A stretch of 63,204 bases of DNA, filler included, from Octopus bimaculoides (GCF_001194135.2; 6 parts of 4 records of this genome joined end to end with filler, not necessarily neighbours in it), one strand, 5' to 3'; positions 25,583 to 37,000 are shown, counted from the whole stretch's first letter. Notes: generated by a model from the letters alone, not told the origin. Made by a program: numbers and translations.

Positions 25583-25961
25583 CTGAAGGAAGGCATCATA
25601 TGTCCTATCCATAAAGGTGCAAGCAGAGCAGAGGCTGGGAACTACAGGCCCATCTCTCTGACTTCACATATTAGCAAAGTCATGGAACGAATTGTCAGAA
25701 GGAGGTTGATTGTGTTCCTAGAAGAAAATGACTTGTTGAATGAGACCCAGCATGGTTTCCGTCCAGGTAGAAGATGCCTCATGCAGCTCTTGCAGCAATA
25801 TGACTGGGTCCTGAAGCAGCTACTTGACCATTCAAATGTTGATGTGATATATCTCGACTTTGCAAAATCCTTTGACAAAGTTGATCATGGCGTGATATGT
25901 CACAAGCTGCAAAACCTTGGCATAGCTGGTAAATTAGAAGAGTGGCTGCATGACTTCCTGA
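25583..25961 (+). mobile_element. CR1/L2-like LINE, reverse transcriptase subdomains 0-3
   Basis: Open 126-codon frame PIHKG..NYRPISLTSHISKVMERIV..QHGFRPGR..VDVIYLDFAKSFDKVDH..LHDFL between gaps; likely the same copy as 24330-24733. Confidence 0.95.
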
Positions 25962-26061
25962 NNNNNNNNNNNNNNNNNNNNNNNNNNNNNNNNNNNNNNN
26001 NNNNNTTAATTAATTAANNNNNNNNNNNNNNNNNNNNNNNNNNNNNNNNNNNNNNNNNNNN

Positions 26062-26335
26062 GATGTAATCGACTTATCCCCTACCTCGAAATTGCTGGCC
26101 TTGTACCAAAATTTGAAATCAATACATTACAGTGGTGGATTGGGAGAATCGTTTGAATGTCGGACAAAATACTTCGCAGTATTTGTTCCTGATTTTTCTT
26201 TCTTTTTTTTTGTTTTTGTTTTTTTTGTTTTTACATTCTGAGTTCCATTCCTACTGAGGTCGACTTTGCCTTTCATCCTTCCGGAGTCGATAAAATAAAG
26301 TACCAGTCTAGTACAAGGGTCGATGTAATCTCGGT
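26062..26335 (+). mobile_element. SINE family A: 3' fragment plus second copy
   Basis: TTCTGAGTTCCATTC..GGTCGACTTTGCCTTTCATCCTTCCGGAGTCGATAAAATAAAGTACCAG. Confidence 0.75.
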
Positions 26336-26399
26336 CGTGGGCCGAAAATCAAACAATTATTTACATGCGTCGAAATAATCTTTAGAGAAAATATATCTC

Positions 26400-26880
26400 C
26401 ATTACACTTGTACATCAACCGTAATTTCTACGTATATACATTATTATAATTTCTTTCATATATCTATGAAATTATGACATACATAGACGTATATATACTA
26501 TCATAATTCCTGACGCACACACACTTTTATAATTTCTGTCATATGTTTATGATTATGACATACATATACTGTCATAATTTGTCATATATTTATGACTCTA
26601 TAATACACATAGACTATCATAGTTTCTAACGTACATACACTTTCATAACTTCTGTCATATGTTTACGATTATGACACATATACTGTCATAATTTCTGTCA
26701 TATATTTATGACTCTATAATACACATAGACTATCATGATTTCTAACATACATGCACTTTCATAACTTCTGTCATATATTTATGATTCTATGGCACACATA
26801 GACACACAATCGTGATTTCTGTAAGATATCGGTAACTATGACATACAGACGATCATACACAGTCGTGATTTCTGTGTGAT
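26400..26880. repeat. Minisatellite, ~116-bp higher-order period built from shorter CTGTCATA..TATGA subunits
   Basis: TTCTGTCATAT anchor after CACTTT..ATAA recurs at 26536, 26652 and 26768 (spacing 116). Confidence 0.8.
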
Positions 26881-27904
26881 GTTAGTGACCACAACTGTCA
26901 GTAGTGCAAAATACTTTCACATATTGACTATATATGTGCAATTGAAGAATTTCTTTTTTACTCATTGGTTAATATTGGGTTAAATGAGTTTTGTTGTTCT
27001 GTTGTTTTATTTGTTGTTATTCTTTTTTTCTAATTACATTACCAAATGGAATCAGATGCACACTAAACACAGACTTGTTTGTCTCCTTTTAAAATAAATG
27101 GAGTTGTAAAATGAGTGATATTTTAGACTCGAATTATTTTCTATTCGGCTTTAATAAATGTTTAAACAAGGCAAGTTCTTTATTAATATGTTGTTTTCGT
27201 TGTTGGTAATTAACTCCGGGTTAACCCTGATTGAGTAGTCACGACCCAAGGCACTTCAACCGTGACCATCCGTCTTCTTCTTGGCACACTAGAAGCAAGG
27301 TGTGCTTTGGGGTAAATTTGACTGCTATTTCTACCAGGTCAAGTATTCGCGTAGCCGATCGCTTTTTTGACCCGTAAAAACTTTATTCAAANNNNNNNNN
27401 NNNNNNNNNNNNNNNNNNNNNNNNNNNNNNNNNNNNNNNNNNNNNNNNNNNNNNNNNNNNNNNNNNNNNNNNNNNNNNNNNNNNNNNNNNNNNNNNNNNN
27501 NNNNNNNNNNNNNNNNNNNNNNNNNNNNNNNNNNNNNNNNNNNNNNNNNNNNNNNNNNNNNNNNNNNNNNNNNNNNNNNNNNNNNNNNNNNNNNNNNNNN
27601 NNNNNNNNNNNNNNNNNNNNNNNNNNNNNNNNNNNNNNNNNNNNNNNNNNNNNNNNNNNNNNNNNNNNNNNNNNNNNNNNNNNNNNNNNNNNNNNNNNNN
27701 NNNNNNNNNNNNNNNNNNNNNNNNNNNNNNNNNNNNNNNNNNNNNNNNNNNNNNNNNNNNNNNNNNNNNNNNNNNNNNNNNNNNNNNNNNNNNNNNNNNN
27801 NNNNNNNNNNNNNNNNNNNNNNNNNNNNNNNNNNNNNNNNNNNNNNNNNNNNNNNNAAAGTGGACAAAAGCCCCATGCTTATATTTTACGGTTGTTTTTC
27901 TTTT

Positions 27905-28034
27905 TTCGTTCTGAAAATCGAGATCGAGCGAGCTTTTGCCTTTTTGCTCGACGTGTGGTTTCCGTCCACGCTGAGCTCGCCTTGGGACACCTGCGTTGCC
28001 CTTTGACAGACGTACCGCCCCAGTCAAACTCCCC
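27905..28034 (-). rRNA. 28S (LSU) rRNA fragment, dispersed copy / pseudogene
   Basis: Reverse strand GGGGAGTTTGACTGGGGCGGTACGTCTGTCAAA..AACGCAGGTGTCC.AAGGCGAGCTCAG..GGCAAAAGCTCGCT.GATCT.GATTTTCAG is the conserved eukaryotic LSU domain V sequence; flanked by non-rDNA on the right and a gap near the left. Confidence 0.92.
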
Positions 28035-29037
28035 GGTTCTCGACCAAGGAGTAAGAAAAATTATTCAGTGAAAGTGCTCACTTGAAAAATACTTTCTGAA
28101 TGTATATTTTGGGAAATTTCAAAAATTTTCTTTCCTTTTTCGCGAATAATAATCCTCTCTGATTAGTAGAAATAATATGACTTTTTAATGTCCGTCTCTG
28201 TTCATATAGATACGTGTGTAGTGATGCGTTTACTACCATAAATCTTTAACTACAGCAATAATTCTTCACATACTTTTCAACAGCAACAAGGACAATCATC
28301 AGCACCGCCGTCGCCACCACGAGCACCACCACCATCACAACAACAACAAAAACAACAACTGACCCAGCGTCAGCCACTCCTTAATTCAACCCACCGTTGA
28401 TGACCGGGTCAGCAGCCAATTCTGTGACAACAATTACAGCTACAACAAACACTTTGACCAGCTCTAATTTACCCACGTTTTCGTATCACTAACTACTAAA
28501 TCAAAAGAAATTCAATTTATTGCATCTTTAACGACTTCAGATATTGCTTATGAGAAAAAAGAAGGCGGCGACAATGTATTATTTCAAAAGTGGATAAAAC
28601 AAATTCTCATACTGGGTGGGGCTGAGATTCTAACTAAGGGTGCTAAGCACCTCATAGCCACCCCCCTTCCACCCATGACTACGTGCCTGGATAACCAAGC
28701 TATGCATGTTATCCAAGGCTGGATGAAGATGAAGCGAGGCCCTAGACCATTCCACAAGTGATGTCCCTCCCAAAACGCCTTTGATAGTGTCAAAAATATT
28801 ATACAACTCAGCCGAAAGCCTCCGAGATTATGAAGCTCAGACTTCAGCCTGGCAAGTCTACAAATAAATTCAACAGCCCTCTAGATTTTGTAGCTCTAGG
28901 TTTCAGCTTGTTTAGATTGGCATTTGCCCTGTCTACGACAGACATGTAGTTCAACCCCCGTACGTGATTATGTCCACAATTTTTATCCATCTCAGTGGTA
29001 TATTTACTTGATATTTTAGGAGTTATTAAACGTTTAT

Positions 29038-29188
29038 AGGCGCTTGGCCTTGCGGTAAGAGTATTGGCGTCATGGTCACAAGATCGTGGGTTCGATTCTT
29101 GGACCAGGCGTTGTGTTGTGACTTGTCTTTGGGCAAGACATTTCATTTCAAGTTACTCCAGTCTAGTCAATTGAAAATAAGTACCAGC
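29038..29188 (+). mobile_element. SINE family C (tRNA head + CORE-like centre), 3' truncated
   Basis: GGCGCTTGGCCTTGCGGTAAG..GGGTTCGATTCTTGG..GTCTTTGGGCAAGACATTTCATTTCA. Confidence 0.75.
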
Positions 29189-29408
29189 TTTAGTGCTAGT
29201 ACCTCTCTCTCTCTCTATCTTCCGATTGTCACATTCTCGATGATCAGCAAGGAATCGAGCGCTGGAGAATCAAGAGGTTGTCTATGTCTGCTCACGATTA
29301 AATAAGCGTCTAAAACAACTAGCGAAAGTATGGTACTTATTACTAAGTCAAATTCGCTCATGTGTGACGGCCATAACTGCATGCGTCCACATTGTTATGC
29401 TTATGCTT

Positions 29409-29793
29409 GTTGTTGGCACTCCGTCGCTTACGACGTCGAGGGTTCCAGTTGATCCGATCAACGGAACAACCTGCTCGTGAAATTAACGTGCAAGTGGCTG
29501 AGCACTCCACAGACACGTGTACCCTTAACGTAGTTCTCGGGGATATTCAGCGTGACACAGTGTGACAAGGCTGGCCCTTTTGAATTACAGGTACAACAGA
29601 AACAGGAAGGAAGAGTGAGACAAAGTCGTGGTGAAAGAGTACAGCAGGGTTCGCCACCATCCCCTGGCGGAGCCTCGTGGAGCTTTAGATGTTTTCGCTC
29701 AATAAACACTCACAACGCCCGGTCTGGGAATCGAAACCGCGATCCTATGAACGTGAGTCCGCTGCCCTAAGCACTAGGCCATTGCGCCTTCAC
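29409..29793 (-). mobile_element. SINE family C variant (same head and tail, different centre), full length with TSD
   Basis: Head GTGAAGGCGCAATGGCCTAGTGCTTAGGG..GGTTTCGATTCCC; tail near-identical to 7642-7815; 12-bp TSD ATGCTTATGCTT at 29397-29408 and 29794-29805. Confidence 0.92.
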
Positions 29794-30634
29794 ATGCTTA
29801 TGCTTATCCAGTGTTTACAAGCATGGTTTATAAATTATAGAGTATCGATGTTTCTAATTTTTTAAAATGTTGTTTAACTGTATATGTTTGTGTAAATTAA
29901 TATTTTTAGTGCATGGGAATACAACATAAGTCTGTTTATGCATGTGTATGTATGAACGTATGTTACATATGCGTATATGCCTATGTGTCTTAATACTTAT
30001 ATATATATATGTGTATGTAACTATCTGTGTGTATATGTATGTAAATAAATTGTGCAGAAGAGTTTCTAAGAAACAACTGCTGTTATTTATTCGAGAAACA
30101 CTTATCTTTTTAACTGTACAAATTTAAGTATATGTATGTCAGAGTAAGTGTGTGTGTGTGTGTGTGTGTATGTACGTACATGTGTGTGCGTACGTATGAG
30201 TGCATATAAATACATCAATTTTCTCAAGCAGACGACACTTAACCAAAGCTAACTGGCTCAAAACGCTGTGAAGTCGGTAATTAGGGTAAACAGTCTTAAA
30301 AAAAGTGGATGGCATTGTTCAGTTCACATGGTATGAAATGTGTATGAGAGTCTATCACCTCGCCTCTCTCTTTCTCTCACTCTCTCTCTCTCTCACTCTC
30401 GCTTGCTCTGTCTCTCTTCCTCTTTCTCGGCTGTTGACCACAGTAACAACTCAATGCCTTCCTGTTTTATTGTTTGTTTATTGGGTATTTTGCTTACATT
30501 TTGTTTTGTTTTTTTTTCCTATCTTTACTTTTGATTATAGTTCAACAGCTTTCGAGTACGTACTTACCTGTAATTGTATATATGCATATGCGCGCGTGTG
30601 TGAGTGCGTGTTTGTGTGTGTGTGTGTGTGTGGA

Positions 30635-30671
30635 TAGATTGATAGACAGACAGACAGACAGACAGATAGAC

Positions 30672-30734
<63 letters not shown>

Positions 30735-30740
30735 CAGATA
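30635..30740. repeat. (GACA)n(GATA)n microsatellite
   Basis: Seen directly. Confidence 0.95.
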
Positions 30741-30900
30741 GATATGTAGGTATACAAATATATATGTATGACTGTATTCACACACACACACACACATACA
30801 CACACAAATATACGTGAATAAACACGCACACGCACAAACACATATTTCCATTTTTGCGTACACACAGCTATATATATAAATGTATGTACACATGATGTGT

Positions 30901-30956
<56 letters not shown>

Positions 30957-31136
30957 TAAATACAATTGGAATTTACTCATAAGGAACTGGAATCTTATAT
31001 GTATACCATTATGCCTAAATTATGGCTCTACAAATGGAATATCCCTACATATCTCATATCTATTTTCATTCCTCCACTTCACTCTCTATTTCATATCTTA
31101 TCTATAATAACTATTGCATAACCATTTTCTCACTCC

Positions 31137-31184
31137 GTCTCCGATGAAAGGATATATAAAATATCCCGGAAACAGCTGTAAGAC
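31137..31184 (+). ncRNA. Decayed minimal type-I hammerhead ribozyme motif
   Basis: GTCT-CCGATGA-aa-GGATAT(ATAAA)ATATCC-cg-GAAA-C-AGCT-G-TA-AGAC: stem I GTCT/AGAC, stem II 6 bp, palindromic stem III, GUA site; core has U4C and the base of stem II is mismatched. Confidence 0.6.
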
Positions 31185-31493
31185 CTTCTATTTATAAATG
31201 TTCTAAAATCTTTCACAGCCTTGGATTTTTATCTCATTCTGAAAATTTTTATATATACACATGCTGATATATGACCTACGTTGGACTCCTCATTCGCATA
31301 ATCACCGAACCTGGAGCTTAACTATAGTCTATCCATAGCACTTACTCAGCATTACCTAACTCCTTTGGGTCTTCTTGACACCATTACACCTCATAACTTA
31401 TATATATATAAAACAAATAATAAATGAGTATATGCATATATACGTACAGGTATGTGCATACCTACGTCTACCTGTATATATAGGTGCATATCT

Positions 31494-31620
31494 GGGTACA
31501 GGACATTGCAAACAAAACGTAGACACAAAAATAATAATAACCAGTGTACAGAACACACACAGGCCACATAGAGAACACATTCCTTCATCAGCTACCCCCA
31601 TTCTAACACAAGCGTTTATA
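31494..31620 (+). repeat. Dispersed repeat, second copy of 11436-11600 family
   Basis: GGGTACAGGACAT...ACATTCCTTCATCAG shared with 11436. Confidence 0.5.
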
Positions 31621-32037
31621 TGTATACATACATACATACAATGTGTGTGTGTGTACTAGCAGTAGGAGAAATAATAATATATACACACTCCTTTACTTTT
31701 GATGTGCGAAAAAAACAAGGATGGAGTCTTCTGACGAACAGTTTCTCAGTTTGTTGACCAGTCCCCCATATAAGTAGTATACAGTCTCCTTTCTCACTCA
31801 GTAGCATAAACCGTTCAACCACTGAGTAATGCAGTCATACATGAGGCAATCGTCGAGGTAGTGAACTTGGTTTACATATTTGTATTTTTGATGGTTCGTC
31901 ATAATTTAGCAATATCTAGTTAATGCACAGCTCTGCATGAATCACAAGGACCGAAAAAAATTTAAATATAAGAATGCCTAGTTGTGATTGAAATGAAAAT
32001 GTAAACACAATCTTTCTATGCTTTTCGTATTGGGAAA

Positions 32038-32183
32038 GTGGAGGCGCGTGGTTTAGTGGTTAGGGTGTGGAACTCATGATCGTAAGATTGAGGTTTCGAT
32101 TATTGGAGCGGGCGACGTGTTGTGTTCTTAAGCAAAACACTTCATTTTACATTGCTCAAGTCTACTCAGTTGGCAAAAATGAG
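32038..32183 (+). mobile_element. SINE family C (tRNA head + CORE-like centre), 3' truncated
   Basis: GTGGAGGCGCGTGGTTTAGTGGTTAGGG..GGTTTCGAT..GTTGTGTTCTTAAGCAAAACACTTCATTTTACATTGCTC..GGCAAAAATGAG. Confidence 0.85.
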
Positions 32184-32184
32184 G

Positions 32185-33400
32185 GATCTAGTTTTTTCGT
32201 TTGCAAAATATGCATTTTTTAAAAGACAGTGAAAAATCTGAAAATAGGTTATAATAATGTAGCATTCCAGTCTCATTGCTTTGAAGGTTTGATGTTGCGG
32301 AGAAAAAAATTGGAGAAAAAAGTTACAGAGGTTTAAAACTCGAAAAAACTGTATATTTTTAGCCAATAGCGAGACAGAAATTTCCCACGATATCCCTCTC
32401 AGTTCCTGTTACGTGGGCTAAATTTCAGTTAAGCTGTTGAAATGTGAAGCTAACGGTTTAAGAAATACTCCTAATTCAAAATTTTATGAACAGAATTAAC
32501 CTAGTGAAATCATAAATCCAGCTGAGCCAATGAGTCCCAAAAATATATGAAATTAAAAATACGTGAAAATACCAACACACAGAAAAATATGTAATGCACT
32601 AACACACAGAAAAATTAAAACAAAACACGCGGATGAAATGAAGCACGGAAGCTAACGTAGTATCTTGTTCCAGAAGTTAGTTCCAGAAGTTGCTTGGTGA
32701 ATATTTTCCACTAAGGAATTCTTTGTCTTGAACATAACTTTGTTGTAAAGCAAGAAAAGCTTTGTTTAGCCCATTGATTATTGGGTCACTTCCATCCTCA
32801 GCACTTAATTTTGATGTACAACCGCGTGTATCAAATTAGTTTTGAAGAGAGCGTTGCAAGTGTTAACTTTCTAGCCGTGGATTTGTCACATCGTCGTGTT
32901 CACTATCTGGAATCTCCATATCCTCACTGTCAGCTCTGTCATTTTCATTTTTCTGATCGTTCGACTCCATGCAGTCGTCGTCACGATCAGCACAATGAGA
33001 TTCATCTTTTGTGTTGTTGAATACAAGATTCACATGGCAATCGGAGGTCGCCATTTTCAATGCCAACCTTTGTTAACTTGACAACAAGGTCAAGGCGAGC
33101 TCCGATTGGCTGTATGCAAATGAGTTCATTACTGGGATCCGGAACTCTCGCGAGAAAAAATTTCGCATCCTGTCCAGGTGGGGAATATATACGCCACAGA
33201 ACTCGGGAAACTGGCACTACGAATCTGTATGACTCTGACACGATCTTTATCCTATCAAATGTGGGAAAACTATGAGTCTCCTGCCTGACCGTTTCGCGGT
33301 TTGTCGACTACTTCCAGTCAATAGCAGAGAATATTCAGCTTTTATATTAAGAAGACATAAATTAGACCCACAGTGGTTACAGATTCTCACATAGTGTATG
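32185..33400 (-). mobile_element. Possible non-autonomous DNA transposon with short acidic ORF (33054-32863)
   Basis: Higher-complexity island; CCAAT at 33109-33105 and AAAATGGCG at 33057-33049 precede a 63-aa ORF with 20 D/E, resembling acidic N-termini of piggyBac-type transposases. No TIR/TSD identified. Confidence 0.3.
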
Positions 33401-33431
33401 AGTAGGAGAGTTTTTTAATTGCAGATAAATC

Positions 33432-33472
<41 letters not shown>

Positions 33473-34980
33473 GAGATACACATATTATCAGCCACTAAGG
33501 GACATGCTCAACAAAAACAAAACATCCAATTATCCTTTCAATGCACCCACACGTTCTATCTCCGTCACCACCATTAATGCCATCACAGTAAACTGAAAAC
33601 ACGACACCTTCCAAATCTAGCGTTGGCCGGTTCGCTGACCATGGCCTGCCAAAAAGAAGAAATTTTATCTTTGAAAGAATTAAAAAGGCGAAAAACATTC
33701 TTACGAGGCCTGAAAGCAGCGTTGCGATCAATATCCTGGAATCCAGCCGGCATCGAACCAGCCTCAGAATTGTGGTATATAAAACCTTAGCAACAAAAAG
33801 TAGGAATACAACACGCGACACAGCAATAGATTGAAAGTACCTCAGACCAATCTGGGATAGGAAAACATACGTCACCAGAGGGGAAAATTACAGCACAGTA
33901 GAGGTGAGATTCCCTATAGGGGATGAAGTCAAGAAGCACTCAATAGCAACCCTTAGGAGTGACGAACTGGTTCTCATATCAACCTACCTTTGCTGCAGAG
34001 TAGTTAAAATTATGATATTCAACATGCCGCCAGAAATAAACAGCTGGTTGGCAGCAGTTGTCTTTTTGACATAGAGAACAAAACCAATTTCTGCTGGTCT
34101 AAAGACTGCAGAAACAAAATTGGTTGGGCCAAAGGATAGAGCTATTATCCAAATGGATCACCAAAGCATGGAATCCATCACAAACTTCATCAATCTGCCA
34201 GACGTTACAAAATTATACGTAACTGTTGAGAATAGAAAGCTGAGATGTCATTTATGTGAAGAGACAAAACATCTCAAAGCTTTCTGTCCATAGCAAAAGG
34301 AAAAACGAACGACCATCATTTCTGCCGTCACCAACAACTCAACAGTAACAACACCAACAGCGAAAACTGTAGCAGCACTTACAGTGAAACCGGTCACAAT
34401 AGTAAAAACAGCATCAAAGATAGCAAGAGTAAAACCAATAGTTGCGAAAACAGCAGTAATAGTTGCGACAGTGACTACAGCACCTACAGCAACAACAGCA
34501 AGGGAAGCAAAAGCAACAAAAACAACAGAAAATACACCACCATCAAGAGCCGCATTGTCACAGACTGCAGGAGCAACAACGGCAACAGAAACCCCTGAAA
34601 CTGCAACAACAGAACAAAACCACAAGCCTCCTCAAAACTTGCCCTTCCACGGAGACATGTGTGGCGAAGGTGACGGAGAGGATACTAAATGGCAAACGAT
34701 AACAAACGGGAAAATAAAAAGAAACAAAAATACGCTAGCCACAAAACTGGGAGATACGATCAAATGGGAAAGGTCCCTCTAAGCAACGATGCAACAACAC
34801 TACCCCTTTTAAAAGCGGATTTCAAAATTTTGGCCAAGGTGTTATCTAAGAGGTTGGCGTTTGTCATCGATGATTGGTGATGCACAAACATGCACCATCA
34901 CGAACATATCTATCCACAGCAACTTTCTCCTCGTGCAATACATCATAGAGAGGGTAGATAAGGAACCTGGCTGGATCTTC
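33473..34980 (+). mobile_element. Tx1/L1-like LINE deletion derivative: ORF1 (zinc knuckle) joined to start of RT
   Basis: One frame (few stops) KYLRPIWDRKTYVTRGENYSTVEVRFP..IFNMPPEI..VTVENRKLR-CHLCEETKHLKAFC (CX2CX4HX4C, 34246-34287), Thr/Ala-rich linker, WQTITNGK; then PLLKADFKILAKVLSKRL and AQTC..IHSNFLLVQYIIERV (L1-clade RT start). Confidence 0.85.
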
Positions 34981-35141
34981 TTATTCACATCGCAACATAG
35001 ACAATTCCAGAAGTGAAAGAGATAGAAAGAAAGAGAAGAATCGATTGCAATACTAGAATGGTAACAGAGTCTCCGAGAGAAATTTGGGAGGTTTCTATAG
35101 TTTCCCTCAATTAAATTCATTCACAAGACATTGGTTGATCC

Positions 35142-35232
35142 GAGTAGAAGACACTTGCCCAAGATGTCACGCAGCTGGACTAAACTCGAAACCACGTTCT
35201 TGGTAGGCGAACTTCTTAACAACATAGCCATG
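35142..35232 (-). mobile_element. SINE family B head fragment
   Basis: Reverse strand GGCTATGTTGTTAAGAAGTTCGC..GGTTTCGAGTTTAGTCC..CTTGGGCAAGTGTCTTCTAC. Confidence 0.7.
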
Positions 35233-36779
35233 TCTGTACCTAAAGAAGTTAAAACATCGCCTCGCAGAATCGGACCTAGTGCCTAATATAATGCAATAGC
35301 CGTGCTAACCATTACACCAAATGATAATCGTTTCTAAGTCAAGTACAAGACAGTGGATTATTAGTGGTAAATATTTGCCCCAGTTAAATTCAGTAAAACG
35401 ATGATCTACAGACTTTACGGGAACTTTCTTTTTTATTTATCGACGCTGGAAGAAAAATGAATTGGTAAAGTTGAACATTGTAATCGAACTTGGAACATAA
35501 AGGGCCGTAACTAAGTATTAACTCCGACGTATTACCGAATCATATCAGCCCAAAAGCGAGCCTCTGAGTTATTGCACAGCCTAGGAGATATTAGAAACCG
35601 AATCTCCCGCAAACCACTACCTACTATTCAGGGAAAAAAAGGTCGCACAGTCGTCTATACTTCTAAAGCATAGGAAATGGTCACAGTCGGAATGGTTTGA
35701 TCATTGGTCTGCTCAAAGAAGGGCAATATGAGGCGAAACGGCAAAAAGTATTTCTTCAATATTACTTNNNNNNNNNNNNNNNNNNNNNNNNNNNNNNNNN
35801 NNNNNNNNNNNNNNNNNNNNNNNNNNNNNNNNNNNNNNNNNNNNNNNNNNNNNNNNNNNNNNNNNNNNNNNNNNNNNNNNNNNNNNNNNNNNNNNNNNNN
35901 NNNNNNNNNNNNNNNNNNNNNNNNNNNNNNNNNNNNNNNNNNNNNNNNNNNNNNNNNNNNNNNNNNNNNNNNNNNNNNNNNNNNNNNNNNNNNNNNNNNN
36001 NNNNNNNNNNNNNNNNNNNNNNNNNNNNNNNNNNNNNNNNNNNNNNNNNNNNNNNNNNNNNNNNNNNNNNNNNNNNNNNNNNNNNNNNNNNNNNNNNNNN
36101 NNNNNNNNNNNNNNNNNNNNNNNNNNNNNNNNNNNNNNNNNNNNNNNNNNNNNNNNNNNNNNNNNNNNNNNNNNNNNNNNNNNNNNNNNNNNNNNNNNNN
36201 NNNNNNNNNNNNNNNNNNNNNNNNNNNNNNNNNNNNNNNNNNNNNNNNNNNNNNNNNNNNNNNNNNNNNNNNNNNNNNNNNNNNNNNNNNNNNNNNNNNN
36301 NNNNNNNNNNNNNNNNNNNNNNNNNNNNNNNNNNNNNNNNNNNNNNNNNNNNNNNNNNNNNNNNNNNNNNNNNNNNNNNNNNNNNNNNNNNNNNNNNNNN
36401 NNNNNNNNNNNNNNNNNNNNNNNNNNNNNNNNNNNNNNNNNNNNNNNNNNNNNNNNNNNNNNNNNNNNNNNNNNNNNNNNNNNNNNNNNNNNNNNNNNNN
36501 NNNNNNNNNNNNNNNNNNNNNNNNNNNNNNNNNNNNNNNNNNNNNNNNNNNNNNNNNNNNNNNNNNNNNNNNNNNNNNNNNNNNNNNNNNNNNNNNNNNN
36601 NNNNNNNNNNNNNNNNNNNNNNNNNNNNNNNNNNNNNNNNNNNNNNNNNNNNNNNNNNNNNNNNNNNNNNNNNNNNNNNNNNNNNNNNNNNNNNNNNNNN
36701 NNNNNNNNNNNNNNNNNNNNNNNNNNNNNNNNNNNNNNNNNNNNNNNNNNNNNNNATATATGTATATATATATGTATGT

Positions 36780-37000
36780 GTGTTTGTGTGTCTGTGTTTG
36801 TCTCCCCACCATTGCTTGACAACCGATGCTGGTGTGTTTATGTCCCCCGTAACTTAGCGGTTCGGCAATACAGCCTGATAGAATAAGTACTAGGCTTCCA
36901 AAGAATAAGTCCTGGGGTCGATTTGCTCGACTAAAGGCGGTGCTCCAGCATGGCCACAGTCAAAAGCCTGAAACAAGTAAAAGAGTAAAAGAGTAAAGAG
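36780..37000 (+). mobile_element. SINE family B 3' half, near consensus (5' half lost in gap)
   Basis: GCTTGACAACCGATGCTGGTGTGTTTATGTCCCCGTAACTTAGCGGTTCGGC..GGCGGTGCTCCAGCATGGCC..GAAACAAGTAAAAGAGTAAAAGAG. Confidence 0.9.

Noticed and set aside
26400-26880. CRISPR-like or prokaryotic array interpretation of tandem repeats (here and at 56-63 kb)
   Set aside because: No unique spacers, no cas genes; context is clearly eukaryotic.
29038-29110. tRNA gene calls for A/B-box-containing segments
   Set aside because: All continue into SINE bodies and lack a complete cloverleaf.
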